NCBI GenBank assembly: GCA_002011035.2
Contig: MTLY02000002.1
Location: 352,001 to 416,000, forward strand
Origin: Candidatus Hecatella orcuttiae
Lineage (GTDB): Archaea > Thermoproteota > Bathyarchaeia > Hecatellales > Hecatellaceae
Direction: 5' to 3'
DNA: 64,000 nt
Part shown: in pieces, positions 37,083 through 47,202 of the stretch
Layout: each line of letters starts with the position of its first letter
Position numbering within the stretch: position 1 is the stretch's first letter
Position numbers and translations under genes: made by a program
Notes under the pieces: model-generated
Database searches by the model: none
What the model was told of the DNA's origin: nothing
Seen by the model: only the letters and a program-made list of their open reading frames with translations

Positions 37083-38035
37083 AAGTTTTGATGGCTCTAT
37101 TAAGCTCAAAACAGATAGCCGCCCTGACCCTGTTTATAGTAGTTACAGCTTCCGTTCCTGTATTCGGAGGAACCTACGCAGCCAGCATACTGATCATAGT
37201 CCTTTCGTTTATTGCGCTGGTTTCAGCATGGCAGATAATTTCAGGATACGCAGGTTACATACTTTTGGGCTCAGCAGCCTTCTACGGATTAGGCATGTAT
37301 ATGAGCGCTTTGTTAACGCCCATCTTAACACTTTATGGAGCCATACCGGCTTCCGCAGCTGTATGTTTCGCCGCTGCTCTTGGCCTAGGAGTACCGTTTC
37401 TAAGGATTAAAGGTCCCTATTTTATCATCGCAACACTTGCCCTCGGAGAACTCATAAGAAACATCGTCACCTTCACGGAGACTAACTACTTCAGAACATT
37501 AGGACGTATAACTATAATGTACGATTTGACAACTATCCTCTACTTGCTGATAATAAATGCAGTCGCAGTAATTTTGGCGGTCTATTTTATCAAAAATTCA
37601 AAGTTCGGTTTAGGGTTGATGAGCATTAAAAATGATGAAATCGCAGCTGAATCCTGCGGAATTCCGACCACGAAATATAAGCTTCTAGCCTTCGGTATAA
37701 CCGCCGTCTTCATGGGCTCCACCGGAGCCATAATGGCTTCCAGAGCCGGCTACATAGACCCCGACATAGCCTTTCCAGCATACATATCGATCTACACGCT
37801 TGTCATGGGCATAATTGGCGGCCTAGGCAATCTAATAGGAGGAATCGTAAGTGCAATAATCTTAACCCTCTTATTCGAAATATTCCTCTCCATGGGTAAT
37901 CCTTACCCCTTCGGCATCTTACTGGGCATCCTCCTGATACTCAGTGTACTCCTTCGAGGCAAGAGGGTTACTTTACTCAGGATTTTCAGAATGCAAAAGA
38001 TCACTGTTCAGAAACCCTTATCACCAGCAAAATAG
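37079..38035 (+). CDS. livM: Branched-chain amino acid-type ABC permease
   Basis: GYAG, LRIKGPYFIIATLA, NDEIAAESCGI, IIGGLG. Confidence 0.9.
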   Translation: MKVLMALLSSKQIAALTLFIVVTASVPVFGGTYAASILIIVLSFIALVSAWQIISGYAGYILLGSAAFYGLGMYMSALLTPILTLYGAIPASAAVCFAAALGLGVPFLRIKGPYFIIATLALGELIRNIVTFTETNYFRTLGRITIMYDLTTILYLLIINAVAVILAVYFIKNSKFGLGLMSIKNDEIAAESCGIPTTKYKLLAFGITAVFMGSTGAIMASRAGYIDPDIAFPAYISIYTLVMGIIGGLGNLIGGIVSAIILTLLFEIFLSMGNPYPFGILLGILLILSVLLRGKRVTLLRIFRMQKITVQKPLSPAK

Positions 38036-38181
38036 AATCCGAGAGAACTCTCTTAGAAGCAGGGAAAAATCATGGTTTTCCCTCGCATGGATGGGAAAGC
38101 GTATATAAGCTGTGGTGTTAACTTTTGTTATTGAAAAATCTCCCGTTAAACGTAAGAATCATTTCAGGGATCGATGGTTAA

Positions 38182-38916
38182 ATGACCATTCTCAGATTGA
38201 ACAAAATAGATAAACGCTTCGGCGGGATTAAAGCGCTGAAAAGTGTAGATTTTGAAGTAGAAGAAGCTAGCATTGCAGGCATCGTAGGGCCGAATGGAGC
38301 TGGGAAGACAACTCTTTTCAACATCGTGACGGGCTACTATAAGCCGGACGGAGGTTACGTCATCTTCGACAACAAGAACATCACTGGGTTAAAGCCTCAC
38401 CAAATCTGCAAGATGGGCATAGCGAGAACCTACCAGATCGTTAGGCCCTTTAAAGATATGCGGGTTTTCGATAACATTATGGTTGGAGCTAAATTCGGTA
38501 GACCTCTGGATAAAAGGAACCCTGAGAAATGGGCGAGAGAAGTGCTGGAGTTCACAGGCCTCATCAACAGGGCGAATGAATTCGCAAGAAATTTAACATT
38601 CACAGAGTTGAGGAGATTTGAAGTAGCAAGAGCCCTTGCATGTAACCCTAAGATTCTACTGCTTGACGAGGTTCTTGCCGGTTTAAACCCAGCCGAGGTT
38701 ACGGTGGCCTGTGAAATGATTAAAAAAATAAACAAAGAGTTCAACATCACCATAGTCATCATCGAGCATGTGCTCAAGGGCGTCTGGGCTTTGGCGGAGA
38801 AGGTCATGGTTTTACATCATGGCGAAAAAATAGGGGAAGGTAAACCTGAAGAAGTATTTAAAATGAAGCAGGTTGAAGAAGCTTACTTGGGCACTAGGTG
38901 GGAAGCTGTTGCTTAG
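38182..38916 (+). CDS. livG: ABC ATPase
   Basis: FGGIKAL, GPNGAGKTT, GIARTYQ, LLDE.LAGLN, IEH. Confidence 0.93.
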   Translation: MTILRLNKIDKRFGGIKALKSVDFEVEEASIAGIVGPNGAGKTTLFNIVTGYYKPDGGYVIFDNKNITGLKPHQICKMGIARTYQIVRPFKDMRVFDNIMVGAKFGRPLDKRNPEKWAREVLEFTGLINRANEFARNLTFTELRRFEVARALACNPKILLLDEVLAGLNPAEVTVACEMIKKINKEFNITIVIIEHVLKGVWALAEKVMVLHHGEKIGEGKPEEVFKMKQVEEAYLGTRWEAVA

Positions 38917-39613
38917 GGTTGAAGACCTTTATGTGGACAGAGGATCCATCAACGTCCTTCATGGGGTCTCAATAAAAGTTGAAAAAGGAAGCATAACGTG
39001 TGTCATTGGCCCCAATGGGGCTGGGAAGACAACTCTGCTTTTATCCATAGTCGGGATTTTGCCTCCTAGGAAAGGAAGGAACATTTTCAAGGGCAAGGAC
39101 ATAACATTCCTGCCTTCCTACAAGAGGGTTGAAATGGGTATGTCTCTTGTTCCAGAAGGCCGAGGGCTCTTCCAAGGTAAGACTGTTGAGGAAAACCTTT
39201 TGAGTGGAGCCTTCCGAAAGGAAGCCCGATTAAAATGCCGAGATAACTTGGATAGAGTGTACTCCCTTTTTCCAATTTTGAAGGAGAGAAGAAAACAACT
39301 TGCCTCATCTTTGAGCGGAGGCGAACAGCAAATGCTTGCGGTGGCCAGAGCTCTTATGTCAAATCTTGATTTTTTAATGTTGGATGAACCGTCCCTCGGT
39401 TTAGCGCCTATTATTGTCTCTAAACTCTATGACACTGTTAAAAGTATAAGGGAAGAAGGCGTCACGGTCCTAGTTGTCGAGCAGAATGTTCACCAGATTT
39501 TAAGAGTTGCTGATTTCGGCTATGTTCTAGAAAATGGAAGAATCGTTCACGCTGATCCTTGTGATAAACTTATCGAAGCCCCTGAAATTAAATCAGCCTA
39601 CCTAGGATTATAA
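38909..39613 (+). CDS. livF: ABC ATPase
   Basis: GPNGAGKTT, VPEGR, LSGGEQQM, LDEPSLGLAP, VEQN. TTG start overlaps the livG end. Confidence 0.93.
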   Translation: MLRVEDLYVDRGSINVLHGVSIKVEKGSITCVIGPNGAGKTTLLLSIVGILPPRKGRNIFKGKDITFLPSYKRVEMGMSLVPEGRGLFQGKTVEENLLSGAFRKEARLKCRDNLDRVYSLFPILKERRKQLASSLSGGEQQMLAVARALMSNLDFLMLDEPSLGLAPIIVSKLYDTVKSIREEGVTVLVVEQNVHQILRVADFGYVLENGRIVHADPCDKLIEAPEIKSAYLGL

Positions 39614-39790
39614 GGTGGCTTCTTTTCGAAGTTTTCTTTAAATCTACAACTCTATATGGCTTTTAGTTTTCACAATAGGTCTTGGTAAATATTAAATATA
39701 TTTTTGTTAACGGCGCAAATTGAGAACCATAAGCTTTTTAGGTGGAGTTCTGATAAATAGAAAAATGGAAAGATTATGGGTGCCTAATAA

Positions 39791-42136
39791 ATGGGAGATT
39801 TTCTGTTTGTTGGAAAAAACGTTCCCCGCATAGATGCTGAAGCCAAAGTGAAGGGAGAAGCTGTCTACTGCGACGACATTGAAATGCCCGATATGTTATG
39901 CGGGAAAGTGAAGCGAAGCCCCTATCCCCATGCTAAAATTATAAGCATCGACACGAGTAAAGCCGAAGCTTTGGAAGGCGTAGAGGCTGTGGTGGCAGGC
40001 AGAGACTTGCCGGACTTAAGATATGGCCTAGGAGTTTGGGACTGCCCTGTTTTCGCTAGGGATAGAGTTAGATACATCGGAGAACCCGTGGTTGGGGTTG
40101 CGGCTAAAGACGAAGAAACAGCTCAGCGAGCGATAGACTTGATCGAAGTGAAGTATGAAGAGTTACCTGCTATCTTCGATCCTGAAGAGGCTATGAAACC
40201 TGATTGTCCCGTGGTCATCCATCCAGACTTTTGGAAGTATAAAATAGTATGGCCGGGGGGCTGTTCACCCACTCTGACGAAAGCGCTGGAAATACCCAAT
40301 ATCACGAACTATTTTCGAGTTCGAATAGGAGATGTTGAGAAGGGGTTTAAAGAGTCGGACTTGATTGTTGAAAACGATTACACTTATCAATGGGTTCATC
40401 CTTCTGAGCTAGAACCGCACTGCTCTATAGCAAAAGTAGATCCGGCGACAGGAGATGTAACTGTCTGGACTTCAAGCCAGTGCCCCTACATGGTTAGAAC
40501 TGAGATATGCGACGGCCTCGGGCTTTCACCCTCGAAAATAAGGATAATTGTACCCTACGTAGGCGGCGGCTTTGGAAATAAGCTTGAGATGGTGACAGAG
40601 TCGATGTGTGTTGCGTTGGCTCAGAGAACTGGAGGTAAACCTGTAAAGCTGAGGTGGAGCAGAGAGGAAATGTTCACAATAACAGCTCAGCCGGCGATAA
40701 TCCACATCAAGGATGGTGTAAAGAAGGACGGGACACTTGTTGCTCGAGAAATGAAAGTAATCATGAATATGGGCGCCTATGCGGGTTGGACGCAGCTGAA
40801 AGTTAAAAATGCCATGTATGGCGGTATCGGAAACTATAAGATACCGAATTTTAAGTGGGATTCCTATGGTGTGTACACCAACAGTCCTGTGACTGCATGC
40901 TTAAGAGGCTATGCTGCAAGACAGCCCGTCTTTGCCATCGAGTGCCAGATGGATATCATTGCTAAAGAACTTGGAATGGACCCCATAGAATTAAGGCTGA
41001 AGAATTCGCTTGAAGAAGGAGACAGAAATATCATAGGAGAAAAATTGACGAGTGTTGGTGCTAAAGCATGCCTGAAAGCCATAGCGGAGGAGATGAAGAA
41101 ATGGGGCGCCTTAAAGAGAGTCGACGGCTCGATAAGAAGAGGGAGAGGTGTGGCCATAGGAAACAAATACAGTCTTCTTCCCATAGCAGACAGTGCCATC
41201 GTCAAGGTTCACGAGGATGGAACGGTGGAGGTTAGGACCAGCGGGATTGACATGGGACAAGGATATTACACGTTGGCGGCGATGGTGGCGGCGGAAGAGT
41301 TTAAGCTACCTCTTGAAAAAGTTAAGGTGGTGATGGCTGATACTGCTATTACGCCCTTCGGCTTCGGAGCCAGCTCCAACTCGCAGACTCAGGCGTGCGG
41401 CGTCGCCATCAGGGAAGCATGCCGGGATGCCAAAATGCAAATTTTCAAAAAAGCTGGCGAAAAATTAGATGTGAAGGCTGATGAACTTGATATGGAAAAC
41501 GGCAAGATCTACGTTAAAAACGATCCCTCAAAATCGATGATGATCGGGGATCTATTCGCCTACATGCCTCTGGCAGGTACTTTCTATGAGGAGGGGGAGA
41601 TTCTAGGTAAGGCAACCGCCTACTGGAAACCCGCCCCCATGGATCCTGAAACAGGCAAATGTGAGAGGGCCGCAAATTATTATGGATACTCAGCGCAGGC
41701 TGTAGAAGTGGAAGTGGATGTTGAAACAGGAGAAGTGAAAGTGGTGAAACTTGTTAATGCTTTGGACTGCGGTAGACCCATTCTTCCCTTTGCGGTGGAA
41801 GGGCAAGCGGAAGGCTGTGCAAGCATGAACTTAGGCTTCGGCTTATTCGAAGAGATCTATCTAGATAAAGGGAAAGTTCTTAACCCAAACTTTACAGACT
41901 ACAAGATCCCGACCATTCTAGACCATCCTTCAGTTGAGTATTATAAGGCTATACTTGTGGAAGCACCCCACGAGCCTGAGCGAGTTTGGGGAGCTAAAGG
42001 GGTGGGCGAAGCGGCTAACACCGTAGGAGCACCAGCCGTAGCCAACGCGATAGCTGACGCCCTAGGAATCAGAATCCATGACCTCGCAATAACGCCTCAA
42101 AAAATTCTCCGTGCGTTAAAGGCCGGAGGCAGGTGA
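39791..42136 (+). CDS. Xanthine dehydrogenase family molybdopterin-binding large subunit
   Basis: PRID..KVKGEA.Y.DD, LEPH, VGGGFG.K, LRGY, DMGQG, KGVGE. Confidence 0.95.
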   Translation: MGDFLFVGKNVPRIDAEAKVKGEAVYCDDIEMPDMLCGKVKRSPYPHAKIISIDTSKAEALEGVEAVVAGRDLPDLRYGLGVWDCPVFARDRVRYIGEPVVGVAAKDEETAQRAIDLIEVKYEELPAIFDPEEAMKPDCPVVIHPDFWKYKIVWPGGCSPTLTKALEIPNITNYFRVRIGDVEKGFKESDLIVENDYTYQWVHPSELEPHCSIAKVDPATGDVTVWTSSQCPYMVRTEICDGLGLSPSKIRIIVPYVGGGFGNKLEMVTESMCVALAQRTGGKPVKLRWSREEMFTITAQPAIIHIKDGVKKDGTLVAREMKVIMNMGAYAGWTQLKVKNAMYGGIGNYKIPNFKWDSYGVYTNSPVTACLRGYAARQPVFAIECQMDIIAKELGMDPIELRLKNSLEEGDRNIIGEKLTSVGAKACLKAIAEEMKKWGALKRVDGSIRRGRGVAIGNKYSLLPIADSAIVKVHEDGTVEVRTSGIDMGQGYYTLAAMVAAEEFKLPLEKVKVVMADTAITPFGFGASSNSQTQACGVAIREACRDAKMQIFKKAGEKLDVKADELDMENGKIYVKNDPSKSMMIGDLFAYMPLAGTFYEEGEILGKATAYWKPAPMDPETGKCERAANYYGYSAQAVEVEVDVETGEVKVVKLVNALDCGRPILPFAVEGQAEGCASMNLGFGLFEEIYLDKGKVLNPNFTDYKIPTILDHPSVEYYKAILVEAPHEPERVWGAKGVGEAANTVGAPAVANAIADALGIRIHDLAITPQKILRALKAGGR

Positions 42137-42143
42137 AAGGACG

Positions 42144-43010
42144 ATGTGGGCTGGGTTTGAGTATTTTAAGCCGGCAACCTTGAAAGAAGCCTGTCTCCTT
42201 CTCGCCAAGTACAAAAGTGAAGCAACGGTCTTCGCAGGCGGAACAGACTTATTGGTGAGTATGAGAACAGGTGGGACTAAGCCAAGATATCTGATAGATA
42301 TAAAAGCGATTCCGGAGCTCAGTCGAATAAAATATGAAAACGAACAGTTAACCATCGGGGCCGCAGTCACAATCAACGCCTTGGCGCAATCGGATGTTAT
42401 CGGAAAAAAATTCGACATTATCACCGAAGCTACAAAGGTTTTCGCCTCCGTTCAGATTAGGAATAGGGCAACAATAGGTGGAAATCTCTGCCGTGCATCT
42501 CCCTCCTCCGATATGGTGCCACCGCTCTTAGTCTTGGATGCTATGCTCACAGCGATAAGCGATAAAGGAGAAAGAGATATTCCAATCAAAGATTTTTTCA
42601 TAGGCCCTGAAAGAACATCTCTGGAGCAAGGTGAAATGCTGAAAGAAATTCGAGTACCAACTCCTCCCCAAAACATGGGCGCAACGTTTTTGAAAGTTAG
42701 GAGAACAGGGGTTGACCTTGCTGTAGTTAATGTTGCTGTAGCTGTGGAGCTCAGCGAAAACAAATTTAAAGATGTTAAAATCTCTCTGGGCGCTGTTGCT
42801 CCAACGCCGATGAGAGCTTTAAAGGCTGAAGCGTTGCTCAAAGGTGAAGCATGCACGGATGAAAACATTGAGAGAGCTGCGGAGATGGCGTCCAGTGAAA
42901 CCAGCCCCATAACCGATGTGCGTTCAACCGCAGAGTACAGGAGGGAAGTAAGCAGAGTGCTGGTTAAGCGGGCTCTAAAAAATGCAATTCAAAAAGTGGG
43001 AGGTCGATAA
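42144..43010 (+). CDS. Xanthine dehydrogenase family FAD-binding subunit
   Basis: AGGTDL, IRNRATIGGN, DVRSTAEYR. Confidence 0.95.
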   Translation: MWAGFEYFKPATLKEACLLLAKYKSEATVFAGGTDLLVSMRTGGTKPRYLIDIKAIPELSRIKYENEQLTIGAAVTINALAQSDVIGKKFDIITEATKVFASVQIRNRATIGGNLCRASPSSDMVPPLLVLDAMLTAISDKGERDIPIKDFFIGPERTSLEQGEMLKEIRVPTPPQNMGATFLKVRRTGVDLAVVNVAVAVELSENKFKDVKISLGAVAPTPMRALKAEALLKGEACTDENIERAAEMASSETSPITDVRSTAEYRREVSRVLVKRALKNAIQKVGGR

Positions 43011-43012
43011 GC

Positions 43013-43465
43013 ATGGAAATAAAGACAACTGTGAATGGGCGTCTCTATAAGCTTGACATACCTCCCAATTGGAGTTTGGCTTATGTCTTGCGGAAAAAAC
43101 TCGGATTGATTGGAATAAAACTTGGCTGTGAAACAGGTGAATGTGGTTCATGTACGGTTCTTCTCAACGGGGAACCAGTTAACTCTTGTCTTGTGCTGGG
43201 GGTTGAAGCTGATGGTAAAGAAATACTGACGATAGAGGGTCTCTCGAAAAATGGTGAACTTCATCCCTTGCAAAAAGCCTTCATCGAGCATGGAGCCGTT
43301 CAGTGTGGATTCTGTACGCCTGGAATGATCCTATCGGCTAAGGCTTTGTTGGATAAAAATCCAAATCCCACAGAACAGGAGATCAGAGAAGCTTTGGCCG
43401 GAAACCTTTGTCGGTGCACAGGCTACGTTAAACCAGTGAAAGCTATTCTTTCGGTGAGAAAATAG
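43013..43465 (+). CDS. Xanthine dehydrogenase family 2Fe-2S subunit
   Basis: GCETGECGSC, QCGFCTPG, NLCRCTGY. Confidence 0.96.
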   Translation: MEIKTTVNGRLYKLDIPPNWSLAYVLRKKLGLIGIKLGCETGECGSCTVLLNGEPVNSCLVLGVEADGKEILTIEGLSKNGELHPLQKAFIEHGAVQCGFCTPGMILSAKALLDKNPNPTEQEIREALAGNLCRCTGYVKPVKAILSVRK

Positions 43466-43674
43466 GCTCCTATTTTTTTCCTCAGGAGAATACGCCCGAA
43501 ATTTAGAAAAAACCCTCTAGAGCTCAATGATGGATGAGATTGAAAACTGAGCCTGAGCTGCCTTACGCTTAACTAAAAGACGTGAAAATCGAATAAGTCC
43601 CCTTCTCTTAGTTTAGGTAAAACTTAAATTTCTAATGTAGTTATGGAAAGACGAGGACTTGGCGGGGATAACTG

Positions 43675-44067
43675 GTGAAGAGAAGTTTCAGAGTTAACGT
43701 TGAAGGAAAGATATTTACTGTGGAGGTTGAGGAAATAGGCGGAGAAGAGGCCGCGGTTAAGCCTATTTCGGTGGAGAAACCCTCACTGGAGGCTCCAGCA
43801 CCTTCAGCCAGATTGGTGGAGGAAGCTCCTGCCCCTCCTTCCGCGAAGGTTATGGAACGAGTGGTTACAGCTCCTCTAGCTGGAGTTGTCGCCTCCATAA
43901 AGTGTAAGGTTAACGACAATGTGAAAGCCGGAGAGCCTTTACTGAGTTTAGAGGCTATGAAGATGGAAAATGAAATCCTATCCCCAGTGTCAGGGATTGT
44001 TAAGAGAATAGCCGTGGCAGAAAAGCAGGATGTAAACGAAGGCGACGTTCTGGTAGAGATCGGATGA
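43675..44067 (+). CDS. Biotin carboxyl carrier protein of a Na+-translocating decarboxylase
   Basis: Ala/Pro-rich linker and EAMKMENEI biotinylation motif. Confidence 0.93.
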   Translation: MKRSFRVNVEGKIFTVEVEEIGGEEAAVKPISVEKPSLEAPAPSARLVEEAPAPPSAKVMERVVTAPLAGVVASIKCKVNDNVKAGEPLLSLEAMKMENEILSPVSGIVKRIAVAEKQDVNEGDVLVEIG

Positions 44068-44102
44068 TACTGAAGTAAAATTTTGCCCTATAATCCAGCT
44101 GG

Positions 44103-44369
44103 ATGGAAACCATGGATTGGAATTTTGCCTTACGAATAATGAGTTCAGGGCTTTCTGCTGTTTTTATCACCCTTTTCCTCCTTTACTTGGTGATGAAGGC
44201 AGTGGAGAAGATTTTCAGCAAGCTTGAAGCCCCCGCTGCTCCTCCGGAGCTGGAAGCTGGTGAAGTGGTGGTGGACATGAAAGAAATCGCAGCTATAACC
44301 GGAGCCATCTACGCCTACTTGGAGGGGAAGGAGAAAACACCTTCCAGTTCAGCTCTAGATAGGAGGTAA
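44103..44369 (+). CDS. oadG: OadG/MmdD-like anchor subunit
   Basis: Single TM helix (GLSAVFITLFLL) and EIAAITGAIYAY motif. Confidence 0.85.
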   Translation: METMDWNFALRIMSSGLSAVFITLFLLYLVMKAVEKIFSKLEAPAAPPELEAGEVVVDMKEIAAITGAIYAYLEGKEKTPSSSALDRR

Positions 44370-44374
44370 GAATC

Positions 44375-44464
44375 TTGGTTATCTTAGTTTTTTCGGAAGT
44401 AGATACAATCTGGGAGAAGTTTATGATGGAAATAGAGCGGTGCGAAGAGAGGAGGGCGAAGTAG
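44375..44464 (+). CDS. Possible 29-aa microprotein ([29 protein letters not shown])
   Basis: TTG preceded by GGAGGT. Fills the gap between the oadG-like gene and oadB, with the stop 1 nt before the next start. Confidence 0.35.
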   Translation: MVILVFSEVDTIWEKFMMEIERCEERRAK

Positions 44465-44465
44465 C

Positions 44466-45566
44466 TTGTTTGGGGTTTTTGAGACAGGCTTTGAGGTGTT
44501 AACCCTAGGCCAGATAATAATGCTTCTCATCGGGTTGCTTCTCATCGGGTTGGCGATTAAAAAGGAAATGGAACCCCTTATATTGCTGCCCATAGGGTTC
44601 GGAGTAATCATAGCCAATCTGCCTCTCACCGGCCTCACGGAAGAGGGGGGGCTTCTTCAACTCATATACAATTATGGGCTTGCTTGGAATTTCATACCAC
44701 CCCTCATCTTCTTGGGACTAGGTGCCTTAACTGACTTTTCCCCGTTGCTGGCCAATCCGAAGACAATTCTTCTCGGCGCGGCTGCGCAGGTTGGAATCTA
44801 CGTTGCCTTCTTCGGAGCCTTGCTATTGGGCTTCTCTTTTGGAGAAGCAGCTTCTATAGGGATAATCGGCGGCGCCGACGGGCCGACGACGATCTATGTC
44901 ACGTCAACGCTGTCTCCGCATATTCTGGGTGCTACCGCTGTGGCTGCCTACTCCTATATGTCATTGGTGCCCATAATTCAACCCCCCATCATGAGGGCGC
45001 TTACTACGGAGCGGGAGCGGAAAATTGTAATGAAAAGCTTGCGCCCAGTTAGGAAGACTGAGAGAATAGTCTACCCGCTGGTGGCGACTGTAATAATTAT
45101 ACTGCTGGTTCCCCACTCCGCGCCGCTCATCGGCATGTTGATGTTCGGAAACCTCCTGAGGGAAAGCGGCGTCGTGAAAAGGCTTGCGGAAACAGCGCAA
45201 AATGAGTTGATGAACATACTGACTATTTTCCTCGGAATCGCCGTGGGAGCGTCCATGTCAGCTCAAGTTTTCCTAACGCCTCGAACCATCCTCATCTTTG
45301 CCTGGGGCATCGTTGCCTTCGCTGCCAGCACCGCCGGAGGGGTGCTTTTCGCCAAACTGATGAACCTCGTCTGCAAAGAGAAGGTGAATCCTCTGATAGG
45401 CGCGGCGGGAGTCTCAGCCGTGCCCATGTCAGCTCGAGTTGTGCAGAAGGTGGGCCAGAAAGCAGACCCCGACAACTACCTGCTGATGCACGCCATGGGG
45501 CCCAACGTGGCCGGGGTTGTAGGTTCAGCCATAGCCGCAGGTATCTTTCTGGGAATGATCGGGTAA
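44466..45566 (+). CDS. oadB: Na+-translocating decarboxylase beta subunit
   Basis: [48 protein letters not shown]. Confidence 0.96.
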   Translation: MFGVFETGFEVLTLGQIIMLLIGLLLIGLAIKKEMEPLILLPIGFGVIIANLPLTGLTEEGGLLQLIYNYGLAWNFIPPLIFLGLGALTDFSPLLANPKTILLGAAAQVGIYVAFFGALLLGFSFGEAASIGIIGGADGPTTIYVTSTLSPHILGATAVAAYSYMSLVPIIQPPIMRALTTERERKIVMKSLRPVRKTERIVYPLVATVIIILLVPHSAPLIGMLMFGNLLRESGVVKRLAETAQNELMNILTIFLGIAVGASMSAQVFLTPRTILIFAWGIVAFAASTAGGVLFAKLMNLVCKEKVNPLIGAAGVSAVPMSARVVQKVGQKADPDNYLLMHAMGPNVAGVVGSAIAAGIFLGMIG

Positions 45567-45709
45567 AGTTTTTTCTTATCTTTTCATGCATAATTTTATT
45601 CAATTAAACCAGATTGTCATCGAAGTAGGTGTCGAAAACAAATTTGTAATGAATTGATAACAATATTTAGATACTAAAACCAAGTTAAGTTCTTTTTGGT
45701 GCTTTAAGC

Positions 45710-47113
45710 ATGTCCGAGAAAGTTGATCAGCCACGTAGAAGTGCGTTGAAATATGGTGTTGCGGCTATCGTTGCTGCTGTAGTGGCAGGTGTTGGCGGCT
45801 ATGCCGCTTGGCAGGCTACAAAACCTGCGCCAGCTCCCACTCCTACCCCTACTCCTACTCCTACCCCTACACCTACACCAACCCCTACACCCGCGCCTCC
45901 GGTCGAAGCTCCTGAAACAATAAAGATAGGTTTAAGTCAAGCGTTAACCGGTTGGCTGGCTGACATTACTCGAAGGGTTGAAACTATCAGGTCGATGATG
46001 ATCGAGTACATCAACACGGAGCGGGGAGGGGTTTATGTTGAAGAGTACGGGCAGAGTATACCGTTGGAGCTTATAATGCTCAACGACGAAGGAACAACCG
46101 AAAAGGCCATAAAAAACGTTGAACGCCTCATCACCGTGGAGAAGGTTCATCTCCTTTTCCACTCCTACGGAACCTTCCAGTCTATGGCAGCTTACCCTGT
46201 GGTTCAAGGATATGAGGTACCGATGATTCTAGACGACCACTGCCCCGTTCAGGTAAGCTGGCGGGATATCGTTGAAGAAAAGAAAGTAGTTCCCAAGAGC
46301 ATGTTCTGGACGATGGACCATTCTTATAGGGCTATGGAGGCTTTGATGAACTTCATGAAGGAAGTAGGCGTTTCTGATATAGCCATTCTGGAGATAGAAA
46401 CGCTGTTCGGAGCAGTTAACAGGGAGCCGCTGGAATACCTATGCGAACAGGAAGGCATTGACATAGTTCTCCACAAAACTTACCCCATCGACGTAAAAGA
46501 CTTCACAGGTGTACTTCTGGATATTCAGGCCAAAGACCCAGACGGCCTTGTAGGGTTAACTTATCCAAGAGATGGGTGGTTAATGACGGAGCAGCTCATC
46601 GAGTTAGACGTGAACCCCAGAATGTTTTACAATGCCCTTGGAGTGCAGAATCCTGACTTTGTGAAAAGGTTCGGTGAGCAAGGAGAAGGCATCATCGGAA
46701 TGGGCGGCTGCATGTACGCTCCCTTCGCCCCTTGGAAGAGCCCTACAGGCCTGGGCTGCAAAGATGTTTGGGACATGTACTTGGAGAAGTTCGGCGAAAC
46801 CTTAGAATCCCAAGACGGGGCATGGGTTCTGATGTCTCTTGACGCTGCGGTCTCAGCCATCGAGAAAGCCGGCACACTGGACCCCATAGCGATCTCCGAC
46901 GCTTTGAGAAATTACGATCATGAGACATTGGGAGGCATCTGTCACTGGAAAGATACCGAGTGGTCCAACACGGGCTATAACGTACCTCAGTACATGAGCG
47001 CTGAAGCGGCTGCTCAAGGAATCTTCGAAGTGGTGGCGCAGTCTTGGAGCTACGCGGGAATCGATACCACAACCGCTAAGCCACTGTATCCGAAGCCCAA
47101 GTGGAAGAGGTAG
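45710..47113 (+). CDS. ABC substrate-binding protein (LivK/Leu-binding family) with twin-arginine-like anchor and Pro-Thr linker
   Basis: PRRSALK plus hydrophobic helix, (PT)9, IKIG...LTG, ERLIT.EKV, DF...L. Confidence 0.88.
   Translation: MSEKVDQPRRSALKYGVAAIVAAVVAGVGGYAAWQATKPAPAPTPTPTPTPTPTPTPTPTPAPPVEAPETIKIGLSQALTGWLADITRRVETIRSMMIEYINTERGGVYVEEYGQSIPLELIMLNDEGTTEKAIKNVERLITVEKVHLLFHSYGTFQSMAAYPVVQGYEVPMILDDHCPVQVSWRDIVEEKKVVPKSMFWTMDHSYRAMEALMNFMKEVGVSDIAILEIETLFGAVNREPLEYLCEQEGIDIVLHKTYPIDVKDFTGVLLDIQAKDPDGLVGLTYPRDGWLMTEQLIELDVNPRMFYNALGVQNPDFVKRFGEQGEGIIGMGGCMYAPFAPWKSPTGLGCKDVWDMYLEKFGETLESQDGAWVLMSLDAAVSAIEKAGTLDPIAISDALRNYDHETLGGICHWKDTEWSNTGYNVPQYMSAEAAAQGIFEVVAQSWSYAGIDTTTAKPLYPKPKWKR
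45836..45892 (+). repeat. Coding hexanucleotide repeat (CCNACN)9 encoding a Pro-Thr linker
   Basis: Seen directly. Third codon positions vary, so this is a protein-level repeat. Confidence 0.9.
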
Positions 47114-47202
47114 TCTCAATCTATCTCCCCTTTTCTTTTTTTTAGAAAAATTTTTTAGCTGATGCCAAGATACTGGTTTCCCAGATATAATGGGTGTGAA
47201 TC

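Noticed and set aside
38061-38083. Inverted repeat AGGGAAAA...TTTTCCCT between livM and livG
   Set aside because: It is a single short hairpin that could be an operator or terminator, with no second copy or other support, so it was not called.
39791-43465. Aerobic CO dehydrogenase (coxLMS)
   Set aside because: The large subunit lacks the AYxCSFR active-site motif. Only family-level assignment is supported.
45836-45892. Pro-Thr repeat as a phase-variable or contingency locus
   Set aside because: Synonymous positions vary and the unit is in frame. It is an ordinary linker of archaeal binding proteins.
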